Positions 1-11,079 of a DNA stretch of 64,000 nucleotides are shown piece after piece. The stretch is from a plasmid, in sequence record NZ_CP106960.1. The stretch is one strand, 5' to 3'. The translations under genes were made by a program, and so were the position numbers. The notes under the pieces were generated by a model, which saw only the letters and a program-made list of their open reading frames with translations, was not told the origin of the DNA and did no database searches. Position 1 is the stretch's first letter. Every line of letters begins with the position of its first letter.

Positions 1-657
1 AAAACGATCCCCGAAGCCTATATTCCGGGCATCATGCGCCGAATCAACCAGCTCGACAGCGAAATGAAAACCAAAATCTATGACGAGCTGCACAACGTCA
101 GGGGCATTGATTTCATCTTCGAAGCGCTGGATACGCAGGACAGGGAACAACGTAAATTCGGCGTTCGCACGGTACTCAGCACCCAGTTTCTTACCGACTA
201 CCCCAAAAGCCTGCTCGACTCGGCCAATACCCTCTGGCTACTGCGCTATCGCCAGGAAGACATTCCGCTGCTGCGTGACAGCTTCAAGATACCGGAACAT
301 ACCCTGCACGCGTTTCTGCGCAGCCCGGCAGGGCCGGCAGCGGACGGCAGCGGCGTACCGATGCTGTGCATGATGCGCACGACCCAGGGGACGCTCGCCC
401 GGATTGTCCGCTTCACCCTCGGCCCGCTGGAACTGTGGTCCCTCAACTCAGATAAGAAAGACGGTGCGTTACGCCGTCATCTTTCAGGCGCGCTTGGCAG
501 CGCCCGGGCCCGCCAGTTGCTGGCCAAAAACTTTCCCCGGGGCTCTGCCAAAAAGGTCATTGAGTACCGGGAGCGCAATGCTGCCCCACGGGGCGACAAG
601 GGCGTCATCCAACAGATGGCGGAAGAAATGATTAACGAGCTGGGGTATGACCTTTGA
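1..657 (+). CDS. Conjugal transfer protein, C-terminal fragment (TraU-like of I-complex plasmids). The N-terminus lies upstream of the window.
   Basis: The ORF is open at the window start, on the same strand as and overlapping the downstream tra genes. The assignment rests on synteny and size against the R64-type order traU-traV-traW-traX-traY. Confidence 0.4.
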   Translation, partial: KTIPEAYIPGIMRRINQLDSEMKTKIYDELHNVRGIDFIFEALDTQDREQRKFGVRTVLSTQFLTDYPKSLLDSANTLWLLRYRQEDIPLLRDSFKIPEHTLHAFLRSPAGPAADGSGVPMLCMMRTTQGTLARIVRFTLGPLELWSLNSDKKDGALRRHLSGALGSARARQLLAKNFPRGSAKKVIEYRERNAAPRGDKGVIQQMAEEMINELGYDL

Positions 658-1226
658 TTTGTGCCATTCACCTGACGCCACGCTGCCGCCGCCCTGCGCG
701 GGGCCAGGTCAGCCTGACCCGCCTGATGATTGATGCTGACGGCGTGGAATATGCCCTGCCGTCACGTCATTTTCGCACGGACAATGCCCCGGACTCGCGG
801 GCGGTCTATGCGACCGATCGTCGGGCATCAACAGAAGCCTGTGGCGTACTGCTCTCATTTGAGGCTCCCACCCGCCAGCTGGTCACCACTGCCGTCTGGG
901 AGGTTCTGGAGCCGGGGGAGCCGGCGCGGGAATCCCGCCACGTAGTCCAGTGGCTGCTGCCCGGCAACACCATGCCGGTGATAAGCGACGACACCTGGCT
1001 GTGGCCTGACCGGCCGGACACGCCGCAGCTCAGTCCGGGAGACTGGCCGGTGCTGGACGTGAGACCACCGGCCCATGCGCGGGTGGCCCGCCGCGGCCTG
1101 ACCATCATCGATACCCGCAGCTCTGAGGGGCTGATCCGACGACGATTTCAGACCTTCCCGCTTGTCGCTCTTGAGCCCGGCATAAGCTCACCGCGTCTTC
1201 CCGATGTTCTCACCCGTTTTAACTGA
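654..1226 (+). CDS. TraV-like conjugal transfer protein (190 aa)
   Basis: Its start overlaps the upstream ORF's stop (ATGA). Size and position match TraV of I-complex plasmids. Confidence 0.4.
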   Translation: MICAIHLTPRCRRPARGQVSLTRLMIDADGVEYALPSRHFRTDNAPDSRAVYATDRRASTEACGVLLSFEAPTRQLVTTAVWEVLEPGEPARESRHVVQWLLPGNTMPVISDDTWLWPDRPDTPQLSPGDWPVLDVRPPAHARVARRGLTIIDTRSSEGLIRRRFQTFPLVALEPGISSPRLPDVLTRFN

Positions 1227-1238
1227 GCAGGAGCCCTT

Positions 1239-2441
1239 ATGATACAACGCCGCCTCCCCGTGCTGGCTCTGGCCATTACGGCCTGTTTGCCCACAATTGC
1301 CAGCGCGCTTTCGGTCAACGTGAACTCAAGTGTCCCGGTAACGCAACAGATCCTGCCTGAGATGGCGACCATCCAGGCGACGCTTGCCGAAATACTGAAG
1401 ATGCAGGTGTCCACCGGCACCGCCATCACGCAAAGCGCCGACAAAATGGCCACCATCATCAGCCAGGACGGCCAGGCCACCCGAAAGCAGATGATCTTCA
1501 GTAATGAGACACAGCGCCTCGAAGAGGCGCGCCAGAAATTTTCCGTGCCAGACTCCATATGCAGTGACTCCGCTTCCGGCGTGGCCGCGCAAAGCAAAAG
1601 TGCGGCGGGCAGCAGTGCCTCTAAGCTCTCTTCCGGGAGCGGAGTATCCAGCGCGGTGGTGCGCAATCGGATCGCCACCGCATCAAATGAGCAGGCCCGC
1701 GACGCCTTTGACGGGGCAAACGTGCATGCCGCGTACTGTACTTCTGCGGAATACGCCCGCTTCGGTGGTACCGGCATCTGCCCTGCCGTAAGCTCGTTAC
1801 CCGGAGGCGACAGCCAGGTTCGCTCCGTATACGGAGGTGCGGGTCCGGAAGGCCAGGCACCGGCACTGTCCTGGACTCAGGATCAGACCGATGCCGCCAT
1901 GGCCTACATGAAAAACACTGCCCGCCCTTCAGCTGGCCGCACGCCGGGAAAAGGCGAAGTCACCACCGTCACCGGAAGGACATATGTGGGCCTGCTCAAC
2001 GAATATAACGGCATCATCGATGCCGCTTCAGAGCCTCAGCTTTCGCTAATTGCAGACAGCAAACCCAGCGACACCACCCGCACCGCTCTTCAGGAGGCGC
2101 TGCAGTCTCCGTCAGCCGCGCAGTATTTTGACGAGGTGGCGTCACCGGAAGCGAAGGCGAAGGGCTACATGAGTCAGCGGGAGTTTGAGACCTTCGAAGC
2201 CGGGCGCCGGTATGCAAACACCGCCTATATTTCCGACCTACAGCAAATGGAAGGCGACAACCTGATGCGCGAGCTTATACGCACCACTGCGCAGATGAAC
2301 TGGCAGCTTAATGACCTCAAAGAGCAGCTGCGTAAGGGGAACGTGATTGATGGTCAGCTGCTTGCCGCCTTTGCCCGTCAGTCCTACGCGCCCCGCCTGA
2401 AACAACTCGAATCCGCCATGAACCAGGGAGGTGCGAAATGA
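1239..2441 (+). CDS. TraW-like conjugal transfer lipoprotein (400 aa)
   Basis: It has a signal peptide with a lipobox (LAITAC), Ser/Ala-rich periplasmic regions and an RBS upstream. Size matches R64 TraW (about 401 aa). Confidence 0.5.
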   Translation: MIQRRLPVLALAITACLPTIASALSVNVNSSVPVTQQILPEMATIQATLAEILKMQVSTGTAITQSADKMATIISQDGQATRKQMIFSNETQRLEEARQKFSVPDSICSDSASGVAAQSKSAAGSSASKLSSGSGVSSAVVRNRIATASNEQARDAFDGANVHAAYCTSAEYARFGGTGICPAVSSLPGGDSQVRSVYGGAGPEGQAPALSWTQDQTDAAMAYMKNTARPSAGRTPGKGEVTTVTGRTYVGLLNEYNGIIDAASEPQLSLIADSKPSDTTRTALQEALQSPSAAQYFDEVASPEAKAKGYMSQREFETFEAGRRYANTAYISDLQQMEGDNLMRELIRTTAQMNWQLNDLKEQLRKGNVIDGQLLAAFARQSYAPRLKQLESAMNQGGAK

Positions 2442-2983
2442 CGACAGACAGCACACCGGCACATAAAAAACGGCTATCCGGGCGCATTGCCTGGGGCGTG
2501 ATGAGCATTTTTCTGCCGGTGCAGGAGACCACGTGGTATCTGCGCTCCGCACGGCACATGACCGCCCGTAACCTGGCCCGTATGCGTCATGCTTATCCGG
2601 AACCCGCTGATAGCGGGGCCGCGCCACCGGTCTCGCCGGACTGGGAAAAGGCCGTGGCCGACTCAGGCTGTACGCCGGCGCAACTGGAGAAAAACTATCT
2701 CTCACTGCGCCGCCGCTGGCGTGTGCTTTTCTGGCTGATGGCCGTGCCGGTCCCCCTGTCGCTCCTGTTACCGGTGTTCAGCTCTGCAGGCATAACCGCG
2801 CACCAGGTCAGCACCATTCTGGTGCTGTTTGCCGGTGCTGGCGTGTCATGGTCGAGGGCACTCATTATCACCTACCGGCTGTGGCAGCTGCGAAGCCGCC
2901 GGGTGAGCCTTGCGGAGGGCGGAACCTTCCGGCATTTCCTGACGGAGACGCGGGCCGTCCGCAATGCCATTCGCGGAAGATAA
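2438..2983 (+). CDS. TraX-like membrane protein (181 aa)
   Basis: It is translationally coupled to the upstream gene (ATGA overlap), has hydrophobic helices, and fits by synteny. Confidence 0.4.
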   Translation: MTTDSTPAHKKRLSGRIAWGVMSIFLPVQETTWYLRSARHMTARNLARMRHAYPEPADSGAAPPVSPDWEKAVADSGCTPAQLEKNYLSLRRRWRVLFWLMAVPVPLSLLLPVFSSAGITAHQVSTILVLFAGAGVSWSRALIITYRLWQLRSRRVSLAEGGTFRHFLTETRAVRNAIRGR

Positions 2984-3046
2984 CCTGCCCTGCCCGTCAA
3001 TTTTTCTTTATGCCATTCCGGCATCCCGCATTTATCCGGAGCTACC

Positions 3047-5206
3047 GTGAAAAAATTCAATCGTGCGCTTTGCGCCGGCCTGCTTGTGCCTGTTCTGCCG
3101 GCCCGCGCAGGCACCTACGATGACATCGTGTCTGCCGCCACCAATGCACAGGACATCTCCCGCCAGGCACTGGTCACCATATTTGGTGACGTGGTGCTGA
3201 ACCCGATGTCAGCCGGCAATACCACGATGATCGGTAATCTTTTTGCCCTCTTTAACGGGATTATCGCCGTGCTAGCCGTGATTTGGTTCATCTTCATCGG
3301 TCTCAGGCACATCAATAAAACCGGGCACCAGGGCAAAGTCTTCAGCGGAGATCGTGACATCACCAGTACGCTCAGTACCGTGTCCGGTTTCTTTATGATC
3401 ATTCCGACAGCAAACGGCTGGAGCATGGCCCAGCTCATCATGCTGTGGGGCGCTTCCGTCATGGGAGTGGGCTCTGCGAACCTGATGGTAACGAAGGCGG
3501 CCAGCGATATTGCCAGCGGCTACTCGATGACCGTCCAGCCCACTCAGGCCTCCACCCGTACCTCCGCGCGTGGCATTTTTGAGATGCAGTTGTGTAAGCA
3601 TGCCATAAACATGGCGCTCGACGATTACAGCAGCACGGCCAGCTCCACCACGCCCAGAATGACGGAGGTATCAGGCTCAACAGGGGGCAATTACACGTAT
3701 CGTGTCACTAACGGCAGTGGTGTATGCGGCACGGCCAGCATTCCGGAACAGAAAACATCAAGCTCGTCGTCCAGCCTGGGCAGTTTCCTGAACCCCTTCA
3801 GCGACAGTGACACCCACGAAGTTGTCGCAGCCCAGCATAAGGCCATGGATGCGATGATCAAGGATATGGACGCGGCGGCCAGCGAGTTCCTGACAGGATT
3901 TATCAACAAGCGCGTCAATGGAAGCGGAACGATCCCGGATATTGAGACCCGTATTCAGCGGGCAGCCGGCACATACGAGCAGACGGTGCAGCGCGCCCTG
4001 CCGGCGCAGGGTGAACAGAACGGCATGCAGGACACGCTCAGGAATTACCTTGGTACATACGGCTGGGCCGCACTCGGAGCCTGGTACCAGACGTTTGCCA
4101 CGGCCAACCAGCGCCTGACGGAAGTGGCCAGCCGGGCACCGGCGACCAGCGGGATGTCATCGCTGGGTGAGATCGGTAGTGAGGATCTCTTTAACGCGCT
4201 GATGGGTGCCTACCGGGCACAGCTGCAAACTTCCAGTTACAGCCCACCGTTAGGAACAGTGATTAGCCAAAATGAGTTCGAGGCAGGAAATGGAAGCGAT
4301 ACTCAAAGCATTCTGATGAATTCAATTGCCCCTCAGTCTCAATGGCTTACAACAAAAATCGCGACAAGTTTCACTGGTACTGGAACAACCACGCAACAAG
4401 TTAATCCCCTGATAAAAATGAAAAATGTTGGAGACTATACCCTGATCGCTGCTGAGGGAACTCTGACATCATATACAGCTGCCAGAGTATTAGCGGCAAT
4501 GGGTGATGGTTCCCTGCTCGGTAAAGCGCTCGACCTTACAACCGGTGCAGTTAGTGGGATCAATAAGGGTCTGGATGCAATTTCGCCAGCTGTGTATTTC
4601 CTTCTGTTACTTATGTTCACCGCAGGGTTTACTCTTTCAATCTATCTACCGTTTATCCCGTTTATTTACTGGATGACGGGGATCGGTAACTGGATTGTTA
4701 GTGTTCTCGTTGGCTGCGCTGCAGGCCCCCTGTGGGGAGCTACTCATCTTGGTTCACAGCAAGATCGAGGTAGTCGCGCGGCATATGGCTACATTTATTT
4801 TATCGATACGATGATTCGCCCTACCTTGATGGTCTTTGGTTTTTTCTTTGCTTCGGTCGCTATTGTCGCTACTGGAACCATTCTGCATGCACTTTTTGGC
4901 GCTGCACTGGTCAATGTTCAGGCCAACTCTTTAACGGGGCTGTTTAGTCTGGCAGGCTTTTTAATGATATACGCGCGTATGTGCACAACGCTGGTATCGA
5001 GCATATTCGCATTACAAGCTTATTTACCAGATTACGTCATTTCATTCCTCGGTGGGCGAGACGCCGCAAATACTCTTGGCAGCATGTCTGGTTCAGTCAA
5101 AGATATGTTTGTGGGGGGTAGTAAGAACATCAGAAATACTCCTGGCGTAAATAGTAAATCTTTGAATGGACCTTCTGAAGCGAATAACGATGGAGTTAAA
5201 GGCTAA
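3047..5206 (+). CDS. TraY-like integral membrane transfer protein (719 aa, DotA-like)
   Basis: It has a signal peptide, multiple long hydrophobic segments and a Ser/Thr-rich central region. Size and position match TraY of IncI1. Confidence 0.5.
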   Translation: MKKFNRALCAGLLVPVLPARAGTYDDIVSAATNAQDISRQALVTIFGDVVLNPMSAGNTTMIGNLFALFNGIIAVLAVIWFIFIGLRHINKTGHQGKVFSGDRDITSTLSTVSGFFMIIPTANGWSMAQLIMLWGASVMGVGSANLMVTKAASDIASGYSMTVQPTQASTRTSARGIFEMQLCKHAINMALDDYSSTASSTTPRMTEVSGSTGGNYTYRVTNGSGVCGTASIPEQKTSSSSSSLGSFLNPFSDSDTHEVVAAQHKAMDAMIKDMDAAASEFLTGFINKRVNGSGTIPDIETRIQRAAGTYEQTVQRALPAQGEQNGMQDTLRNYLGTYGWAALGAWYQTFATANQRLTEVASRAPATSGMSSLGEIGSEDLFNALMGAYRAQLQTSSYSPPLGTVISQNEFEAGNGSDTQSILMNSIAPQSQWLTTKIATSFTGTGTTTQQVNPLIKMKNVGDYTLIAAEGTLTSYTAARVLAAMGDGSLLGKALDLTTGAVSGINKGLDAISPAVYFLLLLMFTAGFTLSIYLPFIPFIYWMTGIGNWIVSVLVGCAAGPLWGATHLGSQQDRGSRAAYGYIYFIDTMIRPTLMVFGFFFASVAIVATGTILHALFGAALVNVQANSLTGLFSLAGFLMIYARMCTTLVSSIFALQAYLPDYVISFLGGRDAANTLGSMSGSVKDMFVGGSKNIRNTPGVNSKSLNGPSEANNDGVKG

Positions 5207-5265
5207 AACATGGACAACTGAGCGCTGGGATTATAAGATGAAGAAAAAAGTTAAAGGATTTTCCC

Positions 5266-5898
5266 ATGATTGAACGTTTCCCGAAATGGTGGTTTTTCTA
5301 TCTCATCGCAAAGTCATTATTTTATGTTGCTGGAATATTAGGGTTAGTATTCTACGGGGTTATGTACCTTACGGTAGCTTTAACGCATCCAGATCCCACC
5401 CTCAGCACCTGGATTATCGGCATTGCATGCTGGGTTTTGTTGTTTGCGCCATTCGCAGTAAATCGTTTTATTGCCTCAAAACGCAAACAAAAAATCCAGG
5501 CAGTTATTGAGAAAGTGAAGCAAAGTGGATACTTCAACCCAGCCCGGAACGGAGAATACTTCTTGTTCTGGCAAAGCACCTATATCGGATTTGACTTTCA
5601 TCAAGGAACAATCCTGTACATCAGGATTTACCCCGGAAATGTTATGGATGTCATAGGTTTGGATGCCTATAGTCTTGTCCGAACTGAGGTGGATGGTAGT
5701 AAATTATGCCTATACACCAAGTTCGCGACGTTACCAATGATCCCACTTAAGACGGGCGCGGCATCCAGTATTGCCAATCATCTGCATGCCATGAGTCATA
5801 AAGGATATCGATATAGCTTTAACTTCAACGATGTGTTGAAAAAGAAATATCACGAAATGGAAAAAATCACAGGAGTGACCGTCCCTGAATTAATTTAA
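5266..5898 (+). CDS. ExcA-like entry-exclusion inner-membrane protein (210 aa)
   Basis: It has two N-terminal TM helices and sits between the traY-like and trbA-like genes, as excA does in R64. Confidence 0.4.
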   Translation: MIERFPKWWFFYLIAKSLFYVAGILGLVFYGVMYLTVALTHPDPTLSTWIIGIACWVLLFAPFAVNRFIASKRKQKIQAVIEKVKQSGYFNPARNGEYFLFWQSTYIGFDFHQGTILYIRIYPGNVMDVIGLDAYSLVRTEVDGSKLCLYTKFATLPMIPLKTGAASSIANHLHAMSHKGYRYSFNFNDVLKKKYHEMEKITGVTVPELI

Positions 5899-5923
5899 TT
5901 CAAATAATCACCTCGGATATTTT

Positions 5924-5948
5924 GCCGGAATAAACTCCGGCTTTTTTT
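5924..5948 (+). terminator. Rho-independent terminator after the excA-like gene
   Basis: A GC stem (gccgga...tccggc) is followed by a T7 tract. Confidence 0.5.
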
Positions 5949-6222
5949 CTTGTTAACTCACAAATCAGATCATTGTTCTGAAAATTCCGCTTAATGAAGT
6001 TAACACCAATAATTTGGTTAAAGCCTGATTGATATTTACTGACATAAATAAAAGGCGATCCATATCAGATCAACCTTTAGTTAATACCACGCCGATCAAT
6101 TAAACATCTTCTGTCGCCAGTATTGATATACACATTACCTTTTCTCTGAAGGCTGTTTTACTCATCATTCTGGTTATCCCTGTTATTACCGCCCTTCTTG
6201 TCATTGTTAAGGGAGTTTCTCC

Positions 6223-7434
6223 ATGACACCTTCTCACCCGGGTAATACCGACCCGATAGATATTTTCGGTGCATTCGCCATTCTGGGATTGATGCTGCTG
6301 CTTATTGCCTATCTTTTTTTGCCAGAATTTGTGTACTGGTCCTGCTTTATCCTGCACATATTCTGGGGCATGGTCGACTTTGGTCCCTTTCATACGTGGG
6401 CTGCGCCGCGCTACAACCTGCTGGCCATCACCGCAAACAACGCCGACAACATCAGCTATGAACAGTGGGTAAGCGTGTTGGAGCAGACCACGGGTATCAT
6501 GATGGTCTTCCTTATCCCCCTTTCCACGGTCTCATTGTGGAGCTGGGCCCGTCACCCGGCCCGCAACTGGTACACGCGCAGGGTACTCAACATCCGTACC
6601 CTGCCCTTCGCCATGGAAGCGATTTCGCCGGCTCTCGCCCCCATCCTCAGTGAAGGGGACCCGGCCCGGCTGCTGCTCGACAAACGTCGCCCGGAAAGGC
6701 GTCCGGCGCAAACGCCCGAAAGGTTTGCAGAAGAACATCAGCTCATCAGTAATATGCAGCTCGATGTTGCCCGCAGCCGCGCCGCCTTTGTCGCGCAGCT
6801 GGGGCGGCCGCTGACAACCTGGAAAAGCCTCGCCCCGCATGAAAAAGCCTTGTTCGCCATCTTCGGTCTTCAGTTCTTCCTCGACGACCGTCCTGCCGCT
6901 AAAGCCCTGATGGATGCCCTGAACCGCTCATGCCGTCTCAAAAGCCGCAGGGATAAAGGGAAATTCTCGCGCCCGGTTTATGCGCTGGCCCGCCCCGCGT
7001 TTAAGCGCGTTATTCGCAGTGAAGGTGCTGCAAAGTGGTTGCGTGAACACCGGTATGTCAGTAGCGGTCTTGTCTGGCTGTATGCCCATGATTTACGCCT
7101 GACGCCACCAAACTGGCTGTGGCTCAAGGGTGTGGACCGTACGCTCTTTTACGCCCTGCACAGGGCAAACACCACCAAAGGATTCATCGAAGGGGCCGGG
7201 ATCGTGGCCGTTGCACGGACAGAGGCCGAAGCCATTCGCCTTGGCCTACCCTGCCCGGAAACCTGTGTCGAAGAGGCCATCGACGGCCTGCGTACCGACA
7301 TGGTGTCCCTGGGTCTTATCTGGGATGAACCGCAGCCGGATCGCGACCATAAGCGTCGTATCCGGACCAACTGGTCGCTGACGGAGGATGTCATCACCCG
7401 TCCGGCTGAAGGGGATGAAGACTCTCCCTTCTGA
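6223..7434 (+). CDS. TrbA-like transfer protein (403 aa)
   Basis: It has N-terminal TM helices and fits by synteny (excA-trbA-trbB-trbC). Confidence 0.4.
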   Translation: MTPSHPGNTDPIDIFGAFAILGLMLLLIAYLFLPEFVYWSCFILHIFWGMVDFGPFHTWAAPRYNLLAITANNADNISYEQWVSVLEQTTGIMMVFLIPLSTVSLWSWARHPARNWYTRRVLNIRTLPFAMEAISPALAPILSEGDPARLLLDKRRPERRPAQTPERFAEEHQLISNMQLDVARSRAAFVAQLGRPLTTWKSLAPHEKALFAIFGLQFFLDDRPAAKALMDALNRSCRLKSRRDKGKFSRPVYALARPAFKRVIRSEGAAKWLREHRYVSSGLVWLYAHDLRLTPPNWLWLKGVDRTLFYALHRANTTKGFIEGAGIVAVARTEAEAIRLGLPCPETCVEEAIDGLRTDMVSLGLIWDEPQPDRDHKRRIRTNWSLTEDVITRPAEGDEDSPF

Positions 7435-7485
7435 GCGCCCTGCCCATCTCTTTTCTCATCAATTTTCTTTCTTCCGGAGTCCTGA

Positions 7486-8724
7486 ATGTCATCTGAATCA
7501 ACCTATTCCGTATTTCGCTGCAACGACAACCTCGTGGTCTTTCATCAACACGGACACGGTACCCCTCAGACACTGATCGTCTTTCGCGAGCCGAAGCGTA
7601 TGGCGCTTCACGATAAAAAACTGATAGCCGTTTACCCGTATTCAAATGATGCCGAGATCCTTCTTGACGACCCACGGCATGATTCAGCTCAGGTCCTGAA
7701 TGCCATCGCCCTGCAGTTCAGGGCTGACAGCAAAGCGGCGTTTAAACGCCGCCTGAAAGGCCTGGCCTGTGCAGTTTTCGGGGCACTTATTACCTCTGCC
7801 GTGTGGTATCTGGCGCCGGTTGATAAGGTTTCTGCCGGACAGTCTGTCACCTACAGTACGCCAGGGATCCCGCCGGTGCAGATGCCGGGGTCGCCAGTTC
7901 GTTCAGCACCACAAACCGACATATCCGGCATGGCTCTGGAAAAGGCCCCGCAAGAGACCTTAGCCGGCAGTGTTATCAGTCAGGCTGACACAACCGAATC
8001 ACAGCACATGCAGGAGATCCTGCAGAGCAACCGGAGCACATTACCGGCTTCCCCTTATGAGGCACTGCAACCGTCCGCACCCGTTGCCGTAACGCCAGCC
8101 CCGGGCGTCACCCCGGTGGCCACGCCAGCTGCGGCGAAGACAGAAACTGCGGGACAACCAACCCGCCAGCTGATGGCCGACGTCCTGAAGCGCAACGCCG
8201 ATCGCGGCATGTTTACCATTTCACTCTCGACAGGCCATGAACGCACGCTGTATGCCTTCCTCGATCCAACCTGTGCCGTCTGCAGAAGCATGGAGCCGGC
8301 CATCGAACAGCTGGCACAGCAGTACAACATGGTTATCTTCCCGGTATCTGTCGTCAATGACGGCGGCGATGCGGTAGAGAAAATTGTGCCGCTGCTCTGT
8401 GAGAAAGAGCCGGCCCTGCGGGCAGCCGGCTGGAGTGCTCTGTTCCGCGCGGATGCGGGAATGGCGGTACCGGGGCAGCAAGAAACCCTGCCAGTGGATG
8501 CAAAATGTGCGGCAGATGCCGCTGCCGTGGTGGCCGTTAACGATACCGGGTTCCGCAGGTTCGGCTTTGCGGGCACGCCAACCGTCCTGACCGACACCGG
8601 TATTCGTCTGGCTACCGGTATGCTGACTGACCCTGCGATGATCGATCGCTTCCTGAAAATCACCGATCCAATGACACCGGTTCAGGTTGACCGTTTCGTC
8701 AGTTCCCTCAGTACTCAGGAGTAA
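7486..8724 (+). CDS. trbB: TrbB-like thioredoxin-fold disulfide isomerase (412 aa)
   Basis: A CxxC motif (LDPTCAVCRS) sits in the C-terminal domain, consistent with a DsbC-like protein. Synteny agrees. Confidence 0.5.
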   Translation: MSSESTYSVFRCNDNLVVFHQHGHGTPQTLIVFREPKRMALHDKKLIAVYPYSNDAEILLDDPRHDSAQVLNAIALQFRADSKAAFKRRLKGLACAVFGALITSAVWYLAPVDKVSAGQSVTYSTPGIPPVQMPGSPVRSAPQTDISGMALEKAPQETLAGSVISQADTTESQHMQEILQSNRSTLPASPYEALQPSAPVAVTPAPGVTPVATPAAAKTETAGQPTRQLMADVLKRNADRGMFTISLSTGHERTLYAFLDPTCAVCRSMEPAIEQLAQQYNMVIFPVSVVNDGGDAVEKIVPLLCEKEPALRAAGWSALFRADAGMAVPGQQETLPVDAKCAADAAAVVAVNDTGFRRFGFAGTPTVLTDTGIRLATGMLTDPAMIDRFLKITDPMTPVQVDRFVSSLSTQE

Positions 8725-8727
8725 CTT

Positions 8728-11025
8728 ATGAATAACACGCCCGTAAACCAGGCAATGATGAAGCGCAGCGCCTGGCAGTCACCGCTACTGGAGATGCTGC
8801 GTGACCACCTACTGTATGCCGGTATCATGGCGGGCAGCCTGGTGGCGGGATTTATCTGGCCGCTGGCCATCCCGCTGTTGCTGTTTCTGGCCATCATCGC
8901 CAGCGTGAGCTTCAGCACCCACCGGTGGCGTATGCCGATGCGGATGCCCGTCCATCTGGACCGGGTGGATCCGTCGGAAGATCGCAAAACGCGTCGTAGC
9001 CTTTTCAGCGCATTTCCCACTCTGGTGCAATACGAGGCTATCCAGGAGCGAAAGGGTCGGGGCATTTTCTACCTGGGTTATCAGCGGATGCGCGATACCG
9101 GGCGCGAGCTGTGGCTCACCATAGATGACCTGACGCGCCATGTGATGTTCTTTGCCTCCACCGGTGGCGGAAAAACAGAGACTATCTATGCGTGGATGCT
9201 CAATTCCTTCTGCTGGGGACGCGGGTTTACCTTTGTTGACGGCAAGGCGCAGAACGATACGGCGCGCACCTGCTACTATCTGGCCCGCCGGTTCGGTCGC
9301 GAGGATGATGTAGAGTACATAAACTTCATGAACAGCGGCATGTCACGCAGTGAGATGATCCAGAACGGAGATAAAAGCCGACCTCAGTCACACCAGTGGA
9401 ATCCCTTCTGCTACAGCACTGAGGCTTTTGTTGCTGAAACAATGCAATCAATGTTGCCGACTAACGTACAGGGCGGTGAATGGCAGTCCCGCGCGATTGC
9501 AATGAACAAGGCACTGGTCTTTGGCACCAAATTTTATTGTGTCCGTGAAAACAAAAACATGTCACTGCAGCTGCTGCGCGAGTTTATGCCACTTGAGAAG
9601 CTGGCAGGGCTCTACTGCCGTGCCGTGGACGATCAGTGGCCTGAGGAAGCTGTCGCTCCGCTCTACAATTATCTGGTCGACGTCCCGGGCTTTGATATGT
9701 CTATGGTTCGCCAGCCCTCAGCCTGGACTGAAGAACCGCGTAAACAGCACAGCTACCTGACCGGCCAGTTCCTTGAAACCTTCAATACCTTTACCGAAAC
9801 GTTCGGGAACATCTTCGCTGAGGATGCCGGCGACATCGATATCCGCGACAGTATTCACAGCGATCGCATACTCCTGGTGTTGATTCCGGCCATGAACACG
9901 TCTCAGCACACAACATCCGCTCTTGGGAGAATGTTCGTAACCCAGCAGAGCATGATCCTGGCCCGCGACCTTGGACACAAGTTAGAGGGACTGGACTCCG
10001 AAGCACTTGAAATCACCAAATATAAAGGGGCTTTCCCTTACATGAACTACCTCGATGAGGTCGGTGCCTACTACACCGAGCGGATCGCGGTACAGGCCAC
10101 CCAGGTGCGTTCCCTGGACTTTTCTATCATCATGATGAGCCAGGACCAAGAGCGTATTGAAAGCCAGACCTCGGCCACCAATGTTGCCACCCTGATGCAG
10201 AACGCCGGAACCAAAGTCGCCGGTAAAATCGTCAGTGACGACAAGACGGCAAAAACAATCAGTAATGCCGCCGGTCAGGAAGCCAGGGCTAACATGGTGA
10301 GTCTGCAGCGTCAGGACGGCCTTATAGGAACCTCCTGGATCGATGGCAATCAGATCAACATTCAGATGGAGAACAAAATCAACGTTCAGGATCTGATTAC
10401 GCTGCAGCCCGGGGAGAACTACACTGTGTTTCAGGGCGACCCGGTACCGGGTGCCTCCTTCTATATCGAGCCAGAGGACAAAACCTGCGGTGAGCCGCTG
10501 ATTATTAACCGCTACATCACCATCAACCCTCCGGGACTGAAACAGCTGCGAAAACTGGTACCGCGTACAGCACAGCGCCGCCTGCCGACACCGGAGAACG
10601 TGAGCAAGATTATTGGGGTACTGACAGCCAAACCGTCCCGTCGCAAAAAGAAGTCAGGAGGAGAGCCGTGGAAAGTGATCGACACCTTCCAGCAGCGGCT
10701 GGCCAACCGCCAGGAAGCACACAACCTGATGACGGAATATGACATGGACCATAGCGGGCGAGAAAAAAGTCTGTGGGAGGAAGCACTGGAAGTTATTAGG
10801 AGCACAACCATGGCAGAACGTACCATTCGATACATTACGCTTAACCGCCCGGAACCAGAGCCTTCCGAGCCAGGTGACGAAGAAAACTCTCAGCCTCAAG
10901 AGGTCATTCTGAAAAATCTTACTCTCCCGGCTCCTGTTATCCGCCCGGCCCGGACAGGTAACGAACCACCTCAACAAATCTCCCCCCACATACCGCTCAG
11001 GCCAGAAATGGAGTGGCCTGAATGA
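8728..11025 (+). CDS. trbC: TrbC-like coupling/NTPase protein (765 aa; DotL/VirD4-like)
   Basis: It has N-terminal TM helices and a Walker A motif (FFASTGGGKTE). Size matches R64 TrbC (763 aa). It is the last gene before the convergent region. Confidence 0.55.
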   Translation: MNNTPVNQAMMKRSAWQSPLLEMLRDHLLYAGIMAGSLVAGFIWPLAIPLLLFLAIIASVSFSTHRWRMPMRMPVHLDRVDPSEDRKTRRSLFSAFPTLVQYEAIQERKGRGIFYLGYQRMRDTGRELWLTIDDLTRHVMFFASTGGGKTETIYAWMLNSFCWGRGFTFVDGKAQNDTARTCYYLARRFGREDDVEYINFMNSGMSRSEMIQNGDKSRPQSHQWNPFCYSTEAFVAETMQSMLPTNVQGGEWQSRAIAMNKALVFGTKFYCVRENKNMSLQLLREFMPLEKLAGLYCRAVDDQWPEEAVAPLYNYLVDVPGFDMSMVRQPSAWTEEPRKQHSYLTGQFLETFNTFTETFGNIFAEDAGDIDIRDSIHSDRILLVLIPAMNTSQHTTSALGRMFVTQQSMILARDLGHKLEGLDSEALEITKYKGAFPYMNYLDEVGAYYTERIAVQATQVRSLDFSIIMMSQDQERIESQTSATNVATLMQNAGTKVAGKIVSDDKTAKTISNAAGQEARANMVSLQRQDGLIGTSWIDGNQINIQMENKINVQDLITLQPGENYTVFQGDPVPGASFYIEPEDKTCGEPLIINRYITINPPGLKQLRKLVPRTAQRRLPTPENVSKIIGVLTAKPSRRKKKSGGEPWKVIDTFQQRLANRQEAHNLMTEYDMDHSGREKSLWEEALEVIRSTTMAERTIRYITLNRPEPEPSEPGDEENSQPQEVILKNLTLPAPVIRPARTGNEPPQQISPHIPLRPEMEWPE

Positions 11026-11053
11026 TATTTAGAGTATGATTGTTAAGTGTATA

Positions 11054-11079
11054 AAGGCCGCGAAAGCGGCCTTTTTTGT
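11054..11079 (+). terminator. Rho-independent terminator downstream of trbC
   Basis: The stem ggccgcgaaagcggcc is followed by TTTTTT. Confidence 0.6.

Noticed and set aside
3115-3918. Minus-strand ORFs antisense to the traY-like gene
   Set aside because: They are antisense to a long membrane-protein gene that is translationally coupled within the tra operon.
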